Of a stretch of DNA of 62,325 nucleotides, positions 37,772 through 48,496 are shown in pieces. Each line of letters opens with the position of its first letter. The first letter of the stretch is position 1. Under the pieces are notes generated by a model. The model made no database searches. It saw nothing but the letters and a program-made list of their open reading frames with translations, and was not told the origin of the DNA. The position numbers and the translations under genes are program-made. Source of the stretch: a virus (lineage: Duplodnaviria > Caudoviricetes); IMG/VR virus record IMGVR_UViG_3300044676_003050, positions 1 through 62,325 of that record; one strand, written 5' to 3'.

Positions 37772-39381
37772 TGGTAACTTTTTCGGGAACAGTTGATTCA
37801 GATTTTCTAAAATTAATACCTTCTGAGCTTGATAATAAGCAGAAGTTAATTGATTACAGTGCTTCAGACTTTGAAACTTTAAGACAAAATTTAATAAAGT
37901 ATGTCAAAGCAACTTTTCCGCTAGATTATAATAACTTTGAAAGTTCTGATTTTGGAGTTCTTTTGATGGAGATGATGGCGGCAGTTGGTCACATTCAATC
38001 TAATAAATCAGATTACCTTGCTAACGAGAACTACCTGGGGACTGCACGTAGTCGAGACAGTGTTAAGAGACTTTTAGAAACGATTGGAATTAGGATGAAA
38101 GGTCCTATCTCTGCTGCTGCTAATGCGTCCATAACCTTCACTCCTCAGATAGTAACTAACCCCTCGTCGGTTATTGTTGAAGCTGCAAATAGAGTAATCA
38201 GTATCACTTCTCCTGAGGATAGCGGCACTTTAAGTTATACACTTTACAAGGTAAATTCAAACGGAACTGTAGATTTATCGGACACTAGCGAGGATTTAGA
38301 ATTTAACGTAAGTGCTTCTCCACAAGGTGTAGTCACTATCACTGACGCTGTCCTCCTTGAAGGCTCTCTGGTAGTTGAGACAGGATCCTTTACCAGTCCT
38401 GATTCAATTAAGACGGTTAACCTATCCCAGTATCCTTATGTGGAGAGGAGTGCTCAAGTCTATGTTACTGGGAATTCTAATACTGAGGGCGTTTACAAAG
38501 AAGAAGAGAATATTTACTTTGCATCCGGTCAAGACGATAAAGTATTCCAAGTAACTACGGACGAACAATTTAGAGCTTCCATATTATTTGGAGATGATTC
38601 AATAGGGATGTCACCAGCCATAGGGGACAACTTTGTGATTACTTATCGGGTAGGAGGTGGCACTCGTGGAAACTTAGCAGAGAGTGTTATAAATGCTCAA
38701 ACAACTGTAATAGCTAAAGCGGGTGCTGCTGAGGAGTCTATTGATAATGCAGTTGTAGAGAATACTAGTATCGCAACAGGTGGGCGAAACGCAGAGTCTG
38801 TTGCTCAAGCAAAAAGATACGCCCCCTTATATTTCAGATCACAGGATCGTTTAGTCACTCTACCAGACTTTAAAGCATTTGCTAATTCATTCTCTTCAAA
38901 TTACGGATCCACAGGCAAAGCCACGGCAACAGTGAGGAGAGCCTTCTCTTCTGCAAATATTATTGATTTATTTGTTCTTGAAAGAGGTTCTGATTTACAG
39001 CTAAGGAGAGCCACTCAAGAATATAAGCGTCAACTCTTAGAAGCTATTGAGCCTAAAAAGATGTTGACTGATGAGGTTGTTGTTGTTGACGGTTTAATTA
39101 GAACTTTAGATCTTTACGTGACTGTAACTGTGGATGAAAAGTTTAAAAGAACTGAAGGTAGGATAATTCAAAGTGCCAGGAATTCCATATTAAATTATAT
39201 GAGAATTGATAATACCGACTTCTCAGAGCCTTTTGTTCCTCAAGATTTGATAAGGTCTCTTCTTATTGATGAGACAAACATCAGATATGCTACTGTGGAT
39301 AACGTAGACTCTACGATAACTGTAGGGTTCAACGAGATTGTTCAGCTAAATAATTTAGTAATTAGGGTAGATTACGTATAA
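37771..39381 (+). CDS. gp6: Baseplate wedge subunit gp6 (baseplate J-like)
   Basis: DY...DFE.L...L..Y, ENYL.TA..R.SV, I.FGD...G..P, YR.GGG..GN, GG..AES, Q.R.VT..D. Confidence 0.92.
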   Translation: MVTFSGTVDSDFLKLIPSELDNKQKLIDYSASDFETLRQNLIKYVKATFPLDYNNFESSDFGVLLMEMMAAVGHIQSNKSDYLANENYLGTARSRDSVKRLLETIGIRMKGPISAAANASITFTPQIVTNPSSVIVEAANRVISITSPEDSGTLSYTLYKVNSNGTVDLSDTSEDLEFNVSASPQGVVTITDAVLLEGSLVVETGSFTSPDSIKTVNLSQYPYVERSAQVYVTGNSNTEGVYKEEENIYFASGQDDKVFQVTTDEQFRASILFGDDSIGMSPAIGDNFVITYRVGGGTRGNLAESVINAQTTVIAKAGAAEESIDNAVVENTSIATGGRNAESVAQAKRYAPLYFRSQDRLVTLPDFKAFANSFSSNYGSTGKATATVRRAFSSANIIDLFVLERGSDLQLRRATQEYKRQLLEAIEPKKMLTDEVVVVDGLIRTLDLYVTVTVDEKFKRTEGRIIQSARNSILNYMRIDNTDFSEPFVPQDLIRSLLIDETNIRYATVDNVDSTITVGFNEIVQLNNLVIRVDYV

Positions 39382-42300
39382 TGTCAGGTAAGGCGTATTT
39401 AAAAAATCAGAATTTCTTTAAGAGAAATTACTTTGAAGCATTAAAGTATATTCTCCCTGGATATTTGTATGAGGATGATGTTGCAGAGACCCCGAAAGCT
39501 GACGACCCTATTGACACTATTATAAACAATCACATTGACGTAGCTAGTAATTTTTCTTCTATTTTAAATGTTAGTGCTGTCCCAAATTCTTTATACAGTT
39601 CAATTAATTCTTTTGAAGGTATTGCTCCCTTCTTTGTAAAGCAAAATAATTTAACAAACGTAACAACTCAAAACTTTGAAAACAAAGTAATGAGCTACCT
39701 GGGGTCTCAATTTAAGAACTTCGGAACAGCAGATGAGTTTGCTGATTATGCAGAGACTACTATAATCCCTGCTATAAATCTTAACAACCCAGATACTACT
39801 ATTTTTTCTAGTATTGGAAATGCATCTGCAATTCATAACTATTTAATTACGAATTTGTCTTGGTTGTATTTCTTGAATACTTCTGGCAATTCCTATGATC
39901 CGTCTTCTTACGTTAAAGATGTTCTTGTAAGCAGTCTTTACAAAGGTGACTCATTTAAAATAAATGATGGTATTAAGGGTCTTTCCGAACATCTTTGGAA
40001 GAACGACTTATCTTCTTACTACCCTTCTTTATTCGCCAGTGGTGATAGGTCAGATTTAAGCGGAACTCAACAACTAGATAAGCTTAAGACTTGGAATGAT
40101 GTTATCTACTCTCCTTTATATTCTGATAGCTCAGACTTCAGAGTTAGAGACAAATTTGAAATATATTTAGACAACGGTTTAAAATCTACTAATAAAATTG
40201 AAGATGGTCCTTTCGCTAGACTTATAAGAGCTTTATCTTTCTTTGCGTTTGATATCAGTAATGAGACGGAAGAGATAGCGACTCTTTACGATATTGACGA
40301 TTGCCCTGATGATTACTTACCTTTAATCGCTCAATTAATTGGATGGGATCTTTTTGGAAGTGATCCTAATAAATGGAGACTACAATTACGTAATGCAGTT
40401 CCTATTTACAAAGCAGTAGGTACAAAAAGATCTATTCAAAGCACTGTCAATACTGTCTTCCCAAAAAATACTTTTCCCGTAGAATCTAGACTCACAGAAT
40501 TATGGGAGTCATATGTTCCTTACTTAATTTACTATGCATTAGCGACGGAGTCCCCTTACTTTAAAAGCTTTGAAACTTGGACTCCTGATCTAGCTATGGA
40601 CATGAAGGTTAGGACTTACTCTACTTCAAGCATGGATGACAACATCCGTTTAGCTGTTGATAGAATCCTGTTAGAAACTATTAGACAGTTCCCTGACAAC
40701 TTCCCAATAAATGTTTGGTTGGAGGAATACAATTCTATATTTAATTACAGAGGTAGGGATTATACTATCCCTCCTTTTGAAGAATACCCTTATTACGTAA
40801 ACACAGAGCTTGACGCTAACATGGTCACTTTTATAGCTGACCGTTTAGTTTGTTTTGGTGTTAATGAACCTTTTGCTCTTCAGGTAAGTTCTTACATAAC
40901 TGAGAATGCTCTCAATAAAGATGATGAGGCTAGGTTACGGTCCTGGTTAATATTTACTTCTGGATATAACGCACCTCCAAACTTAGATAATTTAATTCGT
41001 AATTTAAATGATAACAGATTTGATTATGCTTCCTTGTGGTCTGGTAAGTCTTCTCACTTTAAGTTAGTTTTAGAAGCTTCTGAGTTTGATTTTACGAAGA
41101 GGGATTTAAGCAGAACGGATAGTGCTGATGCGCTATCATTCATATCGCAGTCAGTGAATAAGTTTTGTCCAGCGCACTCAATACCTATCATAACTTTAGA
41201 GGTTTCTGCGGGGCCTGATAATTTAGGATTTGAATCAAGCTGTCTTCCTCACATATACTTTGATCGTGAAGAGATTGATGTTGGTGCTGGCAACAATACT
41301 TTTGCATCAGGTATTTACCTAAACACTTATAAGAGAGGTATTAATACAGGTGGTAATGTAATAGGTCGATCAGCTACACAATCTCTTGTCTCTCCTGAGT
41401 TGGTGGGTGTGTCTACTATAGGTTCTATTCCTAGAAACACTTCTAGGAGAAGATCTTTTGAAAAAGTGATGCCCTTCAACGGTTACTACGATAGGACTGG
41501 CTTTAATATGCCCGTGGGGTTTGATATGGCGTCTGGTCTAAGCGGAATACCCTTGGGCCTTATACCTAGTTCTCTAAGCTACACGCCGGTTAGTAACCAT
41601 ATTGATCTCCCCCCTATATGGTCTCAATGTGAGAACTTAAGTTCTAACAATAGTTATTATGAGTATGATGTTAGTAATACTCAAAACACTAGAGGCATGA
41701 ATGGGAACTTCCAAGCTAATACCGACAGGACTACTGATAGAGGTCAACTGCCTGGGATCTATGCTGCCATGCATAGGATTGGGGAAAAGTCCAAGTATTT
41801 CAAAGCATTGTTAGATGTGGGTTCTAGCACATCAGCTTTAGAAAGCTACTTGGAAACACTTGAATACATATTACCTCTGACAGGCAATATTAATGATATT
41901 GCCTTTATTAATCGTGAGATAGCTAAAGTAAGAGCGTTGCTAAATGGAGATTATAGATCACTAGTTACTAGCGGGACAAATGTAGATGCGGAAGGGTATA
42001 CGTTCCCAGCATCCGTAAATGATTATTATTACTTTAAATTTGGTAGAGATTTACATAGACTTTATCACATTTACCATGAAAGCTTTGGGTGGCACAGATT
42101 AAGCCCCGATGTTCAAAAACAAGATGGTGCTAATATATTCTCACACACTTTTGGACCTCTTTTATATAATCACAACTTTGAGAAATTAGGAAGTGTAACA
42201 GGGTTGGTGGCTTCTTCTTTCGCTAACCCAGAAAAAATAAGTGTCACTAGCACTCCCTTTACGGGCACAGATTCCTTTGTGGCTTCAGCCGATACGGACA

Positions 42301-43394
42301 TGTATCTGGATACCTTTGAGAGGGTTTCCTCTGGCCTTGTGGACGCCGTAGAGTTGGTTCTAACGTCGGGAACTGAGGACGATAGTTCGTTCTCTATCTT
42401 AAGAGCCCCAGGCTCTCAAAGGGCCTCCTACGAAGACCCGTTCCTATATGACAAGACTCTGATGTTAATGCGCTCAGGTGTTGGAGCCGCTACGCGAGTG
42501 AGGTTTGATATTTCTAAGTATGCGGCAGATGCAGACCATCCCATATCTAACAACTTCCTAACACCTGATCATGAATTCAAAGTAACTCTTAGTAGTTTAT
42601 TTAGCAGAGATTCAGGGACAACTATAGGGGGAGGTTCTGTTGGTGTTTGGATTCACACTAAACCAGAAGATGGGAAGATGTGGAGCTTTACTCCTGACGG
42701 CGATTGGGTTCAACATAATCAACTGATAAGCAGAGAATCCATGCTGCGAACGTATGCTCACAAGAAACAAATTCCATCAAAGTCTCGTGATCCAAAATCT
42801 TTCAACTCTTCCTCAACGACAGACTACGCCTGTCTTAATCAGATTACATCGAATAGAACTTCCCCTGTTATAGGCTTAGGTGCAGAAGACTTTGATGTAT
42901 TTGATATTTCATTCAACACCCGTAATAGGAATATTAGACTCCCTTACCAGTATCAGAAACAATATGATCAACTGCATAGGTTAAATCAAAACTATGTTAT
43001 AGAAGTGTTTATGTACCCAGGTCAACAACCAGACCAATACATGTTACTTGATAACGTTAAAATACAAGACACAACAATGAAAAAGCTCTCCGAAATATTT
43101 GCAGCAGGGACAATGAGCGATCCTTTGTGTGTTCTCGATGATCTCAAACGGGGTTGCTTAGAGTATCGTGTAGAGCTTACAAAGCAAGACTTGTTTGATA
43201 TCTTTAAACACTTTAACAATATCGCAGGTAAGAATGCTGCTACTGCATATGCTAGCCGAGACAAAGATAAGACTCAGACTATAATGGAATCTGAAGGTGG
43301 TTCTAGGATTGATTACAGATTACCTGACGCACTAATCACAGTAACACCTGACGCAACAGGTTTCTTCTACGACGAGGTCGCTATACCAGTATAA
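39381..43394 (+). CDS. Baseplate wedge protein gp7-like (P2 gpI-like domain), 1337 aa
   Basis: LYDIDDCPDDYLPLIAQLIGW...WRLQLRNAV.IYKAVGT, P.H motif; follows gp6. Confidence 0.72.
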   Translation: MSGKAYLKNQNFFKRNYFEALKYILPGYLYEDDVAETPKADDPIDTIINNHIDVASNFSSILNVSAVPNSLYSSINSFEGIAPFFVKQNNLTNVTTQNFENKVMSYLGSQFKNFGTADEFADYAETTIIPAINLNNPDTTIFSSIGNASAIHNYLITNLSWLYFLNTSGNSYDPSSYVKDVLVSSLYKGDSFKINDGIKGLSEHLWKNDLSSYYPSLFASGDRSDLSGTQQLDKLKTWNDVIYSPLYSDSSDFRVRDKFEIYLDNGLKSTNKIEDGPFARLIRALSFFAFDISNETEEIATLYDIDDCPDDYLPLIAQLIGWDLFGSDPNKWRLQLRNAVPIYKAVGTKRSIQSTVNTVFPKNTFPVESRLTELWESYVPYLIYYALATESPYFKSFETWTPDLAMDMKVRTYSTSSMDDNIRLAVDRILLETIRQFPDNFPINVWLEEYNSIFNYRGRDYTIPPFEEYPYYVNTELDANMVTFIADRLVCFGVNEPFALQVSSYITENALNKDDEARLRSWLIFTSGYNAPPNLDNLIRNLNDNRFDYASLWSGKSSHFKLVLEASEFDFTKRDLSRTDSADALSFISQSVNKFCPAHSIPIITLEVSAGPDNLGFESSCLPHIYFDREEIDVGAGNNTFASGIYLNTYKRGINTGGNVIGRSATQSLVSPELVGVSTIGSIPRNTSRRRSFEKVMPFNGYYDRTGFNMPVGFDMASGLSGIPLGLIPSSLSYTPVSNHIDLPPIWSQCENLSSNNSYYEYDVSNTQNTRGMNGNFQANTDRTTDRGQLPGIYAAMHRIGEKSKYFKALLDVGSSTSALESYLETLEYILPLTGNINDIAFINREIAKVRALLNGDYRSLVTSGTNVDAEGYTFPASVNDYYYFKFGRDLHRLYHIYHESFGWHRLSPDVQKQDGANIFSHTFGPLLYNHNFEKLGSVTGLVASSFANPEKISVTSTPFTGTDSFVASADTDMYLDTFERVSSGLVDAVELVLTSGTEDDSSFSILRAPGSQRASYEDPFLYDKTLMLMRSGVGAATRVRFDISKYAADADHPISNNFLTPDHEFKVTLSSLFSRDSGTTIGGGSVGVWIHTKPEDGKMWSFTPDGDWVQHNQLISRESMLRTYAHKKQIPSKSRDPKSFNSSSTTDYACLNQITSNRTSPVIGLGAEDFDVFDISFNTRNRNIRLPYQYQKQYDQLHRLNQNYVIEVFMYPGQQPDQYMLLDNVKIQDTTMKKLSEIFAAGTMSDPLCVLDDLKRGCLEYRVELTKQDLFDIFKHFNNIAGKNAATAYASRDKDKTQTIMESEGGSRIDYRLPDALITVTPDATGFFYDEVAIPV

Positions 43395-44389
43395 TGTTTG
43401 TTCAAGGGTTTGGAGATGTTCTGACTAACGTAATGACAGTGAACCCAGCACTGTCTGATATACCGTCTGCCAGTTCAATCCTAGATACTTCTAATTACAC
43501 TTTCCAAGCCGTTACTTTCGGGAAAGACGCTGAGGGATTTACATTACATGCTCATGAGGTTTCTACAACTCAGTATGTGAATGATGTTGTAGCTTCGGGC
43601 GCAAGTGCATACGACTCTGGATTATTGATAGTTAAGAATTATGGATCTACTTTAGCGGATGGAGCTTCTTCATACGTTTTATCTGCAACTTACAATCAAC
43701 TATCCTCAACCTATAACTCAGTCCCTAATGATCCTTCCCCATTAGATTATAGGTTAGAAAGGGCGTCTACCTTGTCTACAAATCTCTCAAATTATCAATA
43801 CGCTAGCTCTCTACCGAATTTAGGACATTACATCAACGCAGCTTTGAATCCTGACTTGAGTGCTATATGGAATAAGGTGGGAGCATTTACCCCCTCTGCG
43901 GGATCCGACTACAGGTTCTTTGATAAAGATGGTACCTATAGTTTTAGCGGAACTATTACAAGTTTCTTTAATGCAAATCAGTTAATGGACAAGGATGGTT
44001 ATTTACATGTTGGTGAAGCTGTTGCTACAAACTCACCAGTATACACTGATGGGGCTGCTTTAGTATCCAGCACAACCTATCCGATTACTGAAGGTCGAAT
44101 GGCTTTAAACGTAAACGTAGATGGGGATGACGCTGCTACTTTGGTTGCATTTGGTAGTGTTAAACATTTAGGCGTATACTGCCTAGATTTAAATCAAATG
44201 TTAGAATCAGGCTTAACACCTCCGTATGGCTGGAGTGCTCTAAATAATAACAGAAAGTATAAGTTAGTAGCTAAGGTAACTATTTTAGATAATCCTTTGC
44301 ATCATAGGGATGGTAGTGGGTCTTCAGGCTTTGAAGTTCACAGAAAAAATAATCCAACTTTATTCACATTAAGTTTAGATTTCAAATGA
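43394..44389 (+). CDS. Baseplate/fibre-attachment protein, probable paralog of 44386-45000
   Basis: V.GFG..L, Y.F....FG, V.HLG.Y, LVAK and terminal L.F pattern shared with the next gene. Confidence 0.55.
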   Translation: MFVQGFGDVLTNVMTVNPALSDIPSASSILDTSNYTFQAVTFGKDAEGFTLHAHEVSTTQYVNDVVASGASAYDSGLLIVKNYGSTLADGASSYVLSATYNQLSSTYNSVPNDPSPLDYRLERASTLSTNLSNYQYASSLPNLGHYINAALNPDLSAIWNKVGAFTPSAGSDYRFFDKDGTYSFSGTITSFFNANQLMDKDGYLHVGEAVATNSPVYTDGAALVSSTTYPITEGRMALNVNVDGDDAATLVAFGSVKHLGVYCLDLNQMLESGLTPPYGWSALNNNRKYKLVAKVTILDNPLHHRDGSGSSGFEVHRKNNPTLFTLSLDFK

Positions 44390-45000
44390 TTAAATCACTG
44401 ACAAGTCAATTAGGTATAAAAGGACACTTAACGGTTCACAAGGTCGTTGATGGTCAGGAAGAGCTTGTGTATGACGAAGATAACGTCATTGTGTCTGGCT
44501 TTGGTTGGGCGTTAGCTCACCTTTATGGTAAGGTTGGGTCGGAAACAATCACAGATTATCAGATTGATAGATTTAAGCTTGGTGTTAGCGGTGGTGATGC
44601 TCTTCAAGTCAGTAGCACGACAGATCTTTCGGGTGCCCTTTCTTCTCAAGCAGAATATATTGGGGTCGGAGATAGTAACCTAGAGGTTGTCTCAGGGTAT
44701 CGTTGGGCTAATGATATAGCCACCACTACTGGCGAATGGTATTCTAAGATTCCATTTAGTAAGGTCACTAAGATTGATGATCGAACTGTTCGTTATACAA
44801 TTTTTATTGACGAAGATTCTTGCAATAACCTAACCAGGGATGGTCAGGATGCAAACTTAAATGAAATTGGATTGTTTATTAAGAATCCAAAAGCTAACGC
44901 TACCGAGACTTCTGTGCTCGCAGCTTATAGATACTTTAGTAACATTAGAAAAACAGACGATTTTGCTCTAGTGTTCAGATGGACAATCTCATTCGGATAA
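44386..45000 (+). CDS. Baseplate/tail-collar fibre attachment protein (gp8-like position)
   Basis: KGHL.......N.IV..G...LA, LNEIGLF, LAAYR.F..I.KT..F.L.FRW.I.F. Confidence 0.7.
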   Translation: MIKSLTSQLGIKGHLTVHKVVDGQEELVYDEDNVIVSGFGWALAHLYGKVGSETITDYQIDRFKLGVSGGDALQVSSTTDLSGALSSQAEYIGVGDSNLEVVSGYRWANDIATTTGEWYSKIPFSKVTKIDDRTVRYTIFIDEDSCNNLTRDGQDANLNEIGLFIKNPKANATETSVLAAYRYFSNIRKTDDFALVFRWTISFG

Positions 45001-45001
45001 C

Positions 45002-48000
45002 ATGTTAAACCCAAGTGACGTATACGTATCAGGTGGATCTAACAACCTTTTAGCCTGCTGGACTGATAAGGTTACTAAGTATGATGCTAGCTCTTTCTAT
45101 AATTGGGAGCAGGATAACTTACCTCTCCACGATTTAGATGAGCGCACTCACCTTCTGTGGGAGAAGTTTGGTCATCCAACATCTGCTTTGACTGGTATGT
45201 CTTTCATTGTATCCGCTGATGCTACATCGTCGTGTAACCCTCTCTACTTTACGACATTAAGCTCCTGCATTGACGCTCTGCCTGAAGTTATTAACTACCC
45301 TATCCTCATTGAGGTTGCAAGCTTTGGTAATCTTGGTGGTCTAAATTTATCTAATAAGTCTTTCGGGCCTAACGGTGCTCTAGAGATCATCAATAGAAAC
45401 TTTGCATATCAAAGCCCTAATAGTAACAATAATAGTGATTTTGGAAACAACTCTGAGTATGTGGATACTGACTCTAATTATGGATTACTATCCTCTCTAA
45501 CAGCGGGTGGACAACCTAGAGTTGCATCGCTTATTTCTACAACCTTTAGCTCTTTCCCTATCATATCTTTTGATTTAATGAGATCTCGCTTGTTTACAAA
45601 AGATGAGAACAATAATGATATATTTGTTGCTTCTGGTTCTGAAGGGCTTAGGTATGCAGACTCTAGGTTTGTAAACCCTTACGTGTTTGCTCAGAGAGCA
45701 GGCAGAGACTTCGGACGTTTAACAGCAGCACTGTCTAGCACGGTTGCTCCTTGGACGACTTCACCTACAGAAGCATCTTCATTATCAAAATTAGACTTTG
45801 AAGCTTTCGATAAAACTCCAACCACTGAGATGGCTACGTATGATGTTAGCACGTTAGATTTTATCAATAATTCAGAGATTCAATGGGGTAGTGATGCTAC
45901 GGGTATTAATGCCAATACCACTGTAGCTGCTGTTGCATACTTTAATCACCTCGAATATATTAAAGTTAAAAACTGCGATGGGCCAATTTATTTGAGAAAC
46001 TTTAATGTAGATTCCAAACACAGTAGAGACAATGGGGTAGAGATTCTTAATTCAAATATTAATTTAGAAAGGTTGTCGGTATCCAGAGCTAATAAAGCTG
46101 GACTCTACTGTAGTGACTCTAATGTAAATGTTCTAAAAGGTTTAGTTGCTTACAGGAACTACGAGTTAAACGGCTCTGTTAGAACTGGTATCCCTTTTTC
46201 AGAGAAGAGAAATAGCTATTCTAAGTTAGCCGGGTATGGGGCTGGTGTCTACTGTTTAAACTCTACACTAAATTTTAAAGACACCTATGATAGAGATAAT
46301 GCTAATTACCTTGCTCTGTCTAGCACCGATGGAGCCGCTAGTGATGACTATGGAGAATACTTTAGATTAACTACCCTCTACCTGCAACCATCAACAACGA
46401 CTTTACCGTCCGTAGGTAATGAAAACTTATATTCTTTTTCTAGAAATGATATAGGTATACATGCTATAAATTCAAATATATTAGGAGGTCGTAAAGAAAA
46501 CTCCTCGGCTCCTGCACCTACAAATTCCTGCTATCAGATATTTTCAGAACTGAACACTGAGGCTGGTGTTAAGTTAGAAAACTCTGTGATGTCTAACTCG
46601 GGTCGTTTAATTCTTAACGGGAATTATATAGGTTTAGATTGTGATAATTCTAAAGTTGAAACTGATTCTTTGACCTGTAGGTATAATCAGTCGGTCGGCG
46701 TTAACTTAGAAAACTCAAAATTAGTATACAATAAAGATGCTTACGCTCTTTATACACAAATTAGCAAGGATCACGTTGAAACACTTCAAACATCTCAATT
46801 AGCTTGTATTAGAAATGGTCAGGACATTAAATGTAACAACTCTATTATTAGTCCTGTATACGTTAACTCTATGCCATCTACCTATAGTATGGTTTTCACA
46901 AGTGGATCTTTTGGAAGAGAAGAGCATACTGATAAACTGCTGCCGTCTATCCATCTTAAAAATAATTCTGACGCAGACTTGGTTCACGCTAGATTACTTA
47001 AAAGTCCCGCAGGAGTTACTACCACATCCCAATATGGTCTTTTAGCTAAGGTAGAGAATAACTCTACATTGTGTGCAAGAGGGTCTAGAGAGTATGCCAA
47101 CATGATGGTAGGGCCGTTGGCTAGGGCTGATAATGTTAATGTCGTTGGCCTTTTTGCTAATAACGGATCAACTATTAAACTTCAAGGCCCCACCTCAATG
47201 TTTAGGTTAGGCATTGATGTCTTAGCTGAGAATAATTCTAACATTGAAATAACACCGCACCAAAGCTCGAACGGCGAACTGCTAGTTTCTTCCTTCGACT
47301 TATCTAGTGCTGAGAACCACACCATGGTTGAACTGCACTCTACTAGGGCTTGTCTTGTTGCCAACAGAAATTCTAACATTCTCATGGAGAACCTTGGAGA
47401 TTATTTCGATAAGTGGCTCTCCAGTCCTTACGCATCCGCGACTGTAGCTAGCCCAGGATACAGATTCCTAGATGGTAATTATACTCAGTATGCCAGCGGA
47501 GGCTACCTGCAATTCTACCCTAATGCTAATTTAGTAGACTTAGATGCTGATTCTGCTGCTGCTAATAATGCAGCTATAACAGGAACAGCAGCTTATCAGT
47601 TTAACGCCCCTGGTGCAGGGTCTATGACTGCTGATTACATCCATAACGCCTCGCCTGTATCTTCGGTAACCACAGGAGGTATGTGTGTTAGGGCTGTTGA
47701 AAATAGTTTAGTGAAAGCTACTAATGTTCACTTCCCTCAAGCAGGATTCCCGGATGCCTCTTCTGTCGCTTATGATTATTACGGGACAGATCCTCTTCCT
47801 GGCCCTCACTGTTCAAGACTTTTCATTTGGAACATCGCGGATAACTCTATCCTTGAATCCTCATATATTTCAGTGAGTGGCACTCACCCAAGGAACAGCG
47901 GATTCCATGGACCTTCTGGGGTTTGGGGTAATCTTAGTGGCGCTCCGAGTTCTACACCAGATACAAGCAGTCTCTCCATCCTTGATTACTACGGTCACAG

Positions 48001-48496
48001 CACTGAGAATCCTTATGGTAAGTCTGCAAGTGGTGAGAACTATGGGTGCTTTAGACTGTTCTTCTCGACTGATCCTGCCTGTAACTTCCTGGTAGCTTCG
48101 GGTACAAATAGGTTAGAGGGTTTAGCTAGACAGGTATTTGCTCAAGGTTACAACTTCTCTGGTAACTTAATAGCATCCGCAACTGATGAGTTTATACCTT
48201 CCACTCAATACACGAGCCTGTTCCAGAGAGACATCGACGGTAACATTAATGCATCTGGATTCTACTATGCTTCTGCAATGATGGCGGGTGCTGGTAGCAT
48301 TAAAGCATTCCTTGATGACTCAGCATTGAACACATTTGCAAATGCAAAGCATAATACCGTAGGTAAGTCTGGTCTAGCTAAAGTTGTCCAAGGCTATTAT
48401 GATATTAACAATGTTGGTGGAGATTCCTACAACATTTACCCCTACGGCCAAGGGATGGCATCTATAAATAACTTTGATCTTAAGAAGGATAACTAA
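45002..48496 (+). CDS. Beta-helix tail fibre/tailspike-like protein (1164 aa)
   Basis: N-terminal YNWEQDNLPL.DL..RT anchor, F.TL..CIDALP start, repeated G.....NS ladders. Confidence 0.7.
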   Translation: MLNPSDVYVSGGSNNLLACWTDKVTKYDASSFYNWEQDNLPLHDLDERTHLLWEKFGHPTSALTGMSFIVSADATSSCNPLYFTTLSSCIDALPEVINYPILIEVASFGNLGGLNLSNKSFGPNGALEIINRNFAYQSPNSNNNSDFGNNSEYVDTDSNYGLLSSLTAGGQPRVASLISTTFSSFPIISFDLMRSRLFTKDENNNDIFVASGSEGLRYADSRFVNPYVFAQRAGRDFGRLTAALSSTVAPWTTSPTEASSLSKLDFEAFDKTPTTEMATYDVSTLDFINNSEIQWGSDATGINANTTVAAVAYFNHLEYIKVKNCDGPIYLRNFNVDSKHSRDNGVEILNSNINLERLSVSRANKAGLYCSDSNVNVLKGLVAYRNYELNGSVRTGIPFSEKRNSYSKLAGYGAGVYCLNSTLNFKDTYDRDNANYLALSSTDGAASDDYGEYFRLTTLYLQPSTTTLPSVGNENLYSFSRNDIGIHAINSNILGGRKENSSAPAPTNSCYQIFSELNTEAGVKLENSVMSNSGRLILNGNYIGLDCDNSKVETDSLTCRYNQSVGVNLENSKLVYNKDAYALYTQISKDHVETLQTSQLACIRNGQDIKCNNSIISPVYVNSMPSTYSMVFTSGSFGREEHTDKLLPSIHLKNNSDADLVHARLLKSPAGVTTTSQYGLLAKVENNSTLCARGSREYANMMVGPLARADNVNVVGLFANNGSTIKLQGPTSMFRLGIDVLAENNSNIEITPHQSSNGELLVSSFDLSSAENHTMVELHSTRACLVANRNSNILMENLGDYFDKWLSSPYASATVASPGYRFLDGNYTQYASGGYLQFYPNANLVDLDADSAAANNAAITGTAAYQFNAPGAGSMTADYIHNASPVSSVTTGGMCVRAVENSLVKATNVHFPQAGFPDASSVAYDYYGTDPLPGPHCSRLFIWNIADNSILESSYISVSGTHPRNSGFHGPSGVWGNLSGAPSSTPDTSSLSILDYYGHSTENPYGKSASGENYGCFRLFFSTDPACNFLVASGTNRLEGLARQVFAQGYNFSGNLIASATDEFIPSTQYTSLFQRDIDGNINASGFYYASAMMAGAGSIKAFLDDSALNTFANAKHNTVGKSGLAKVVQGYYDINNVGGDSYNIYPYGQGMASINNFDLKKDN

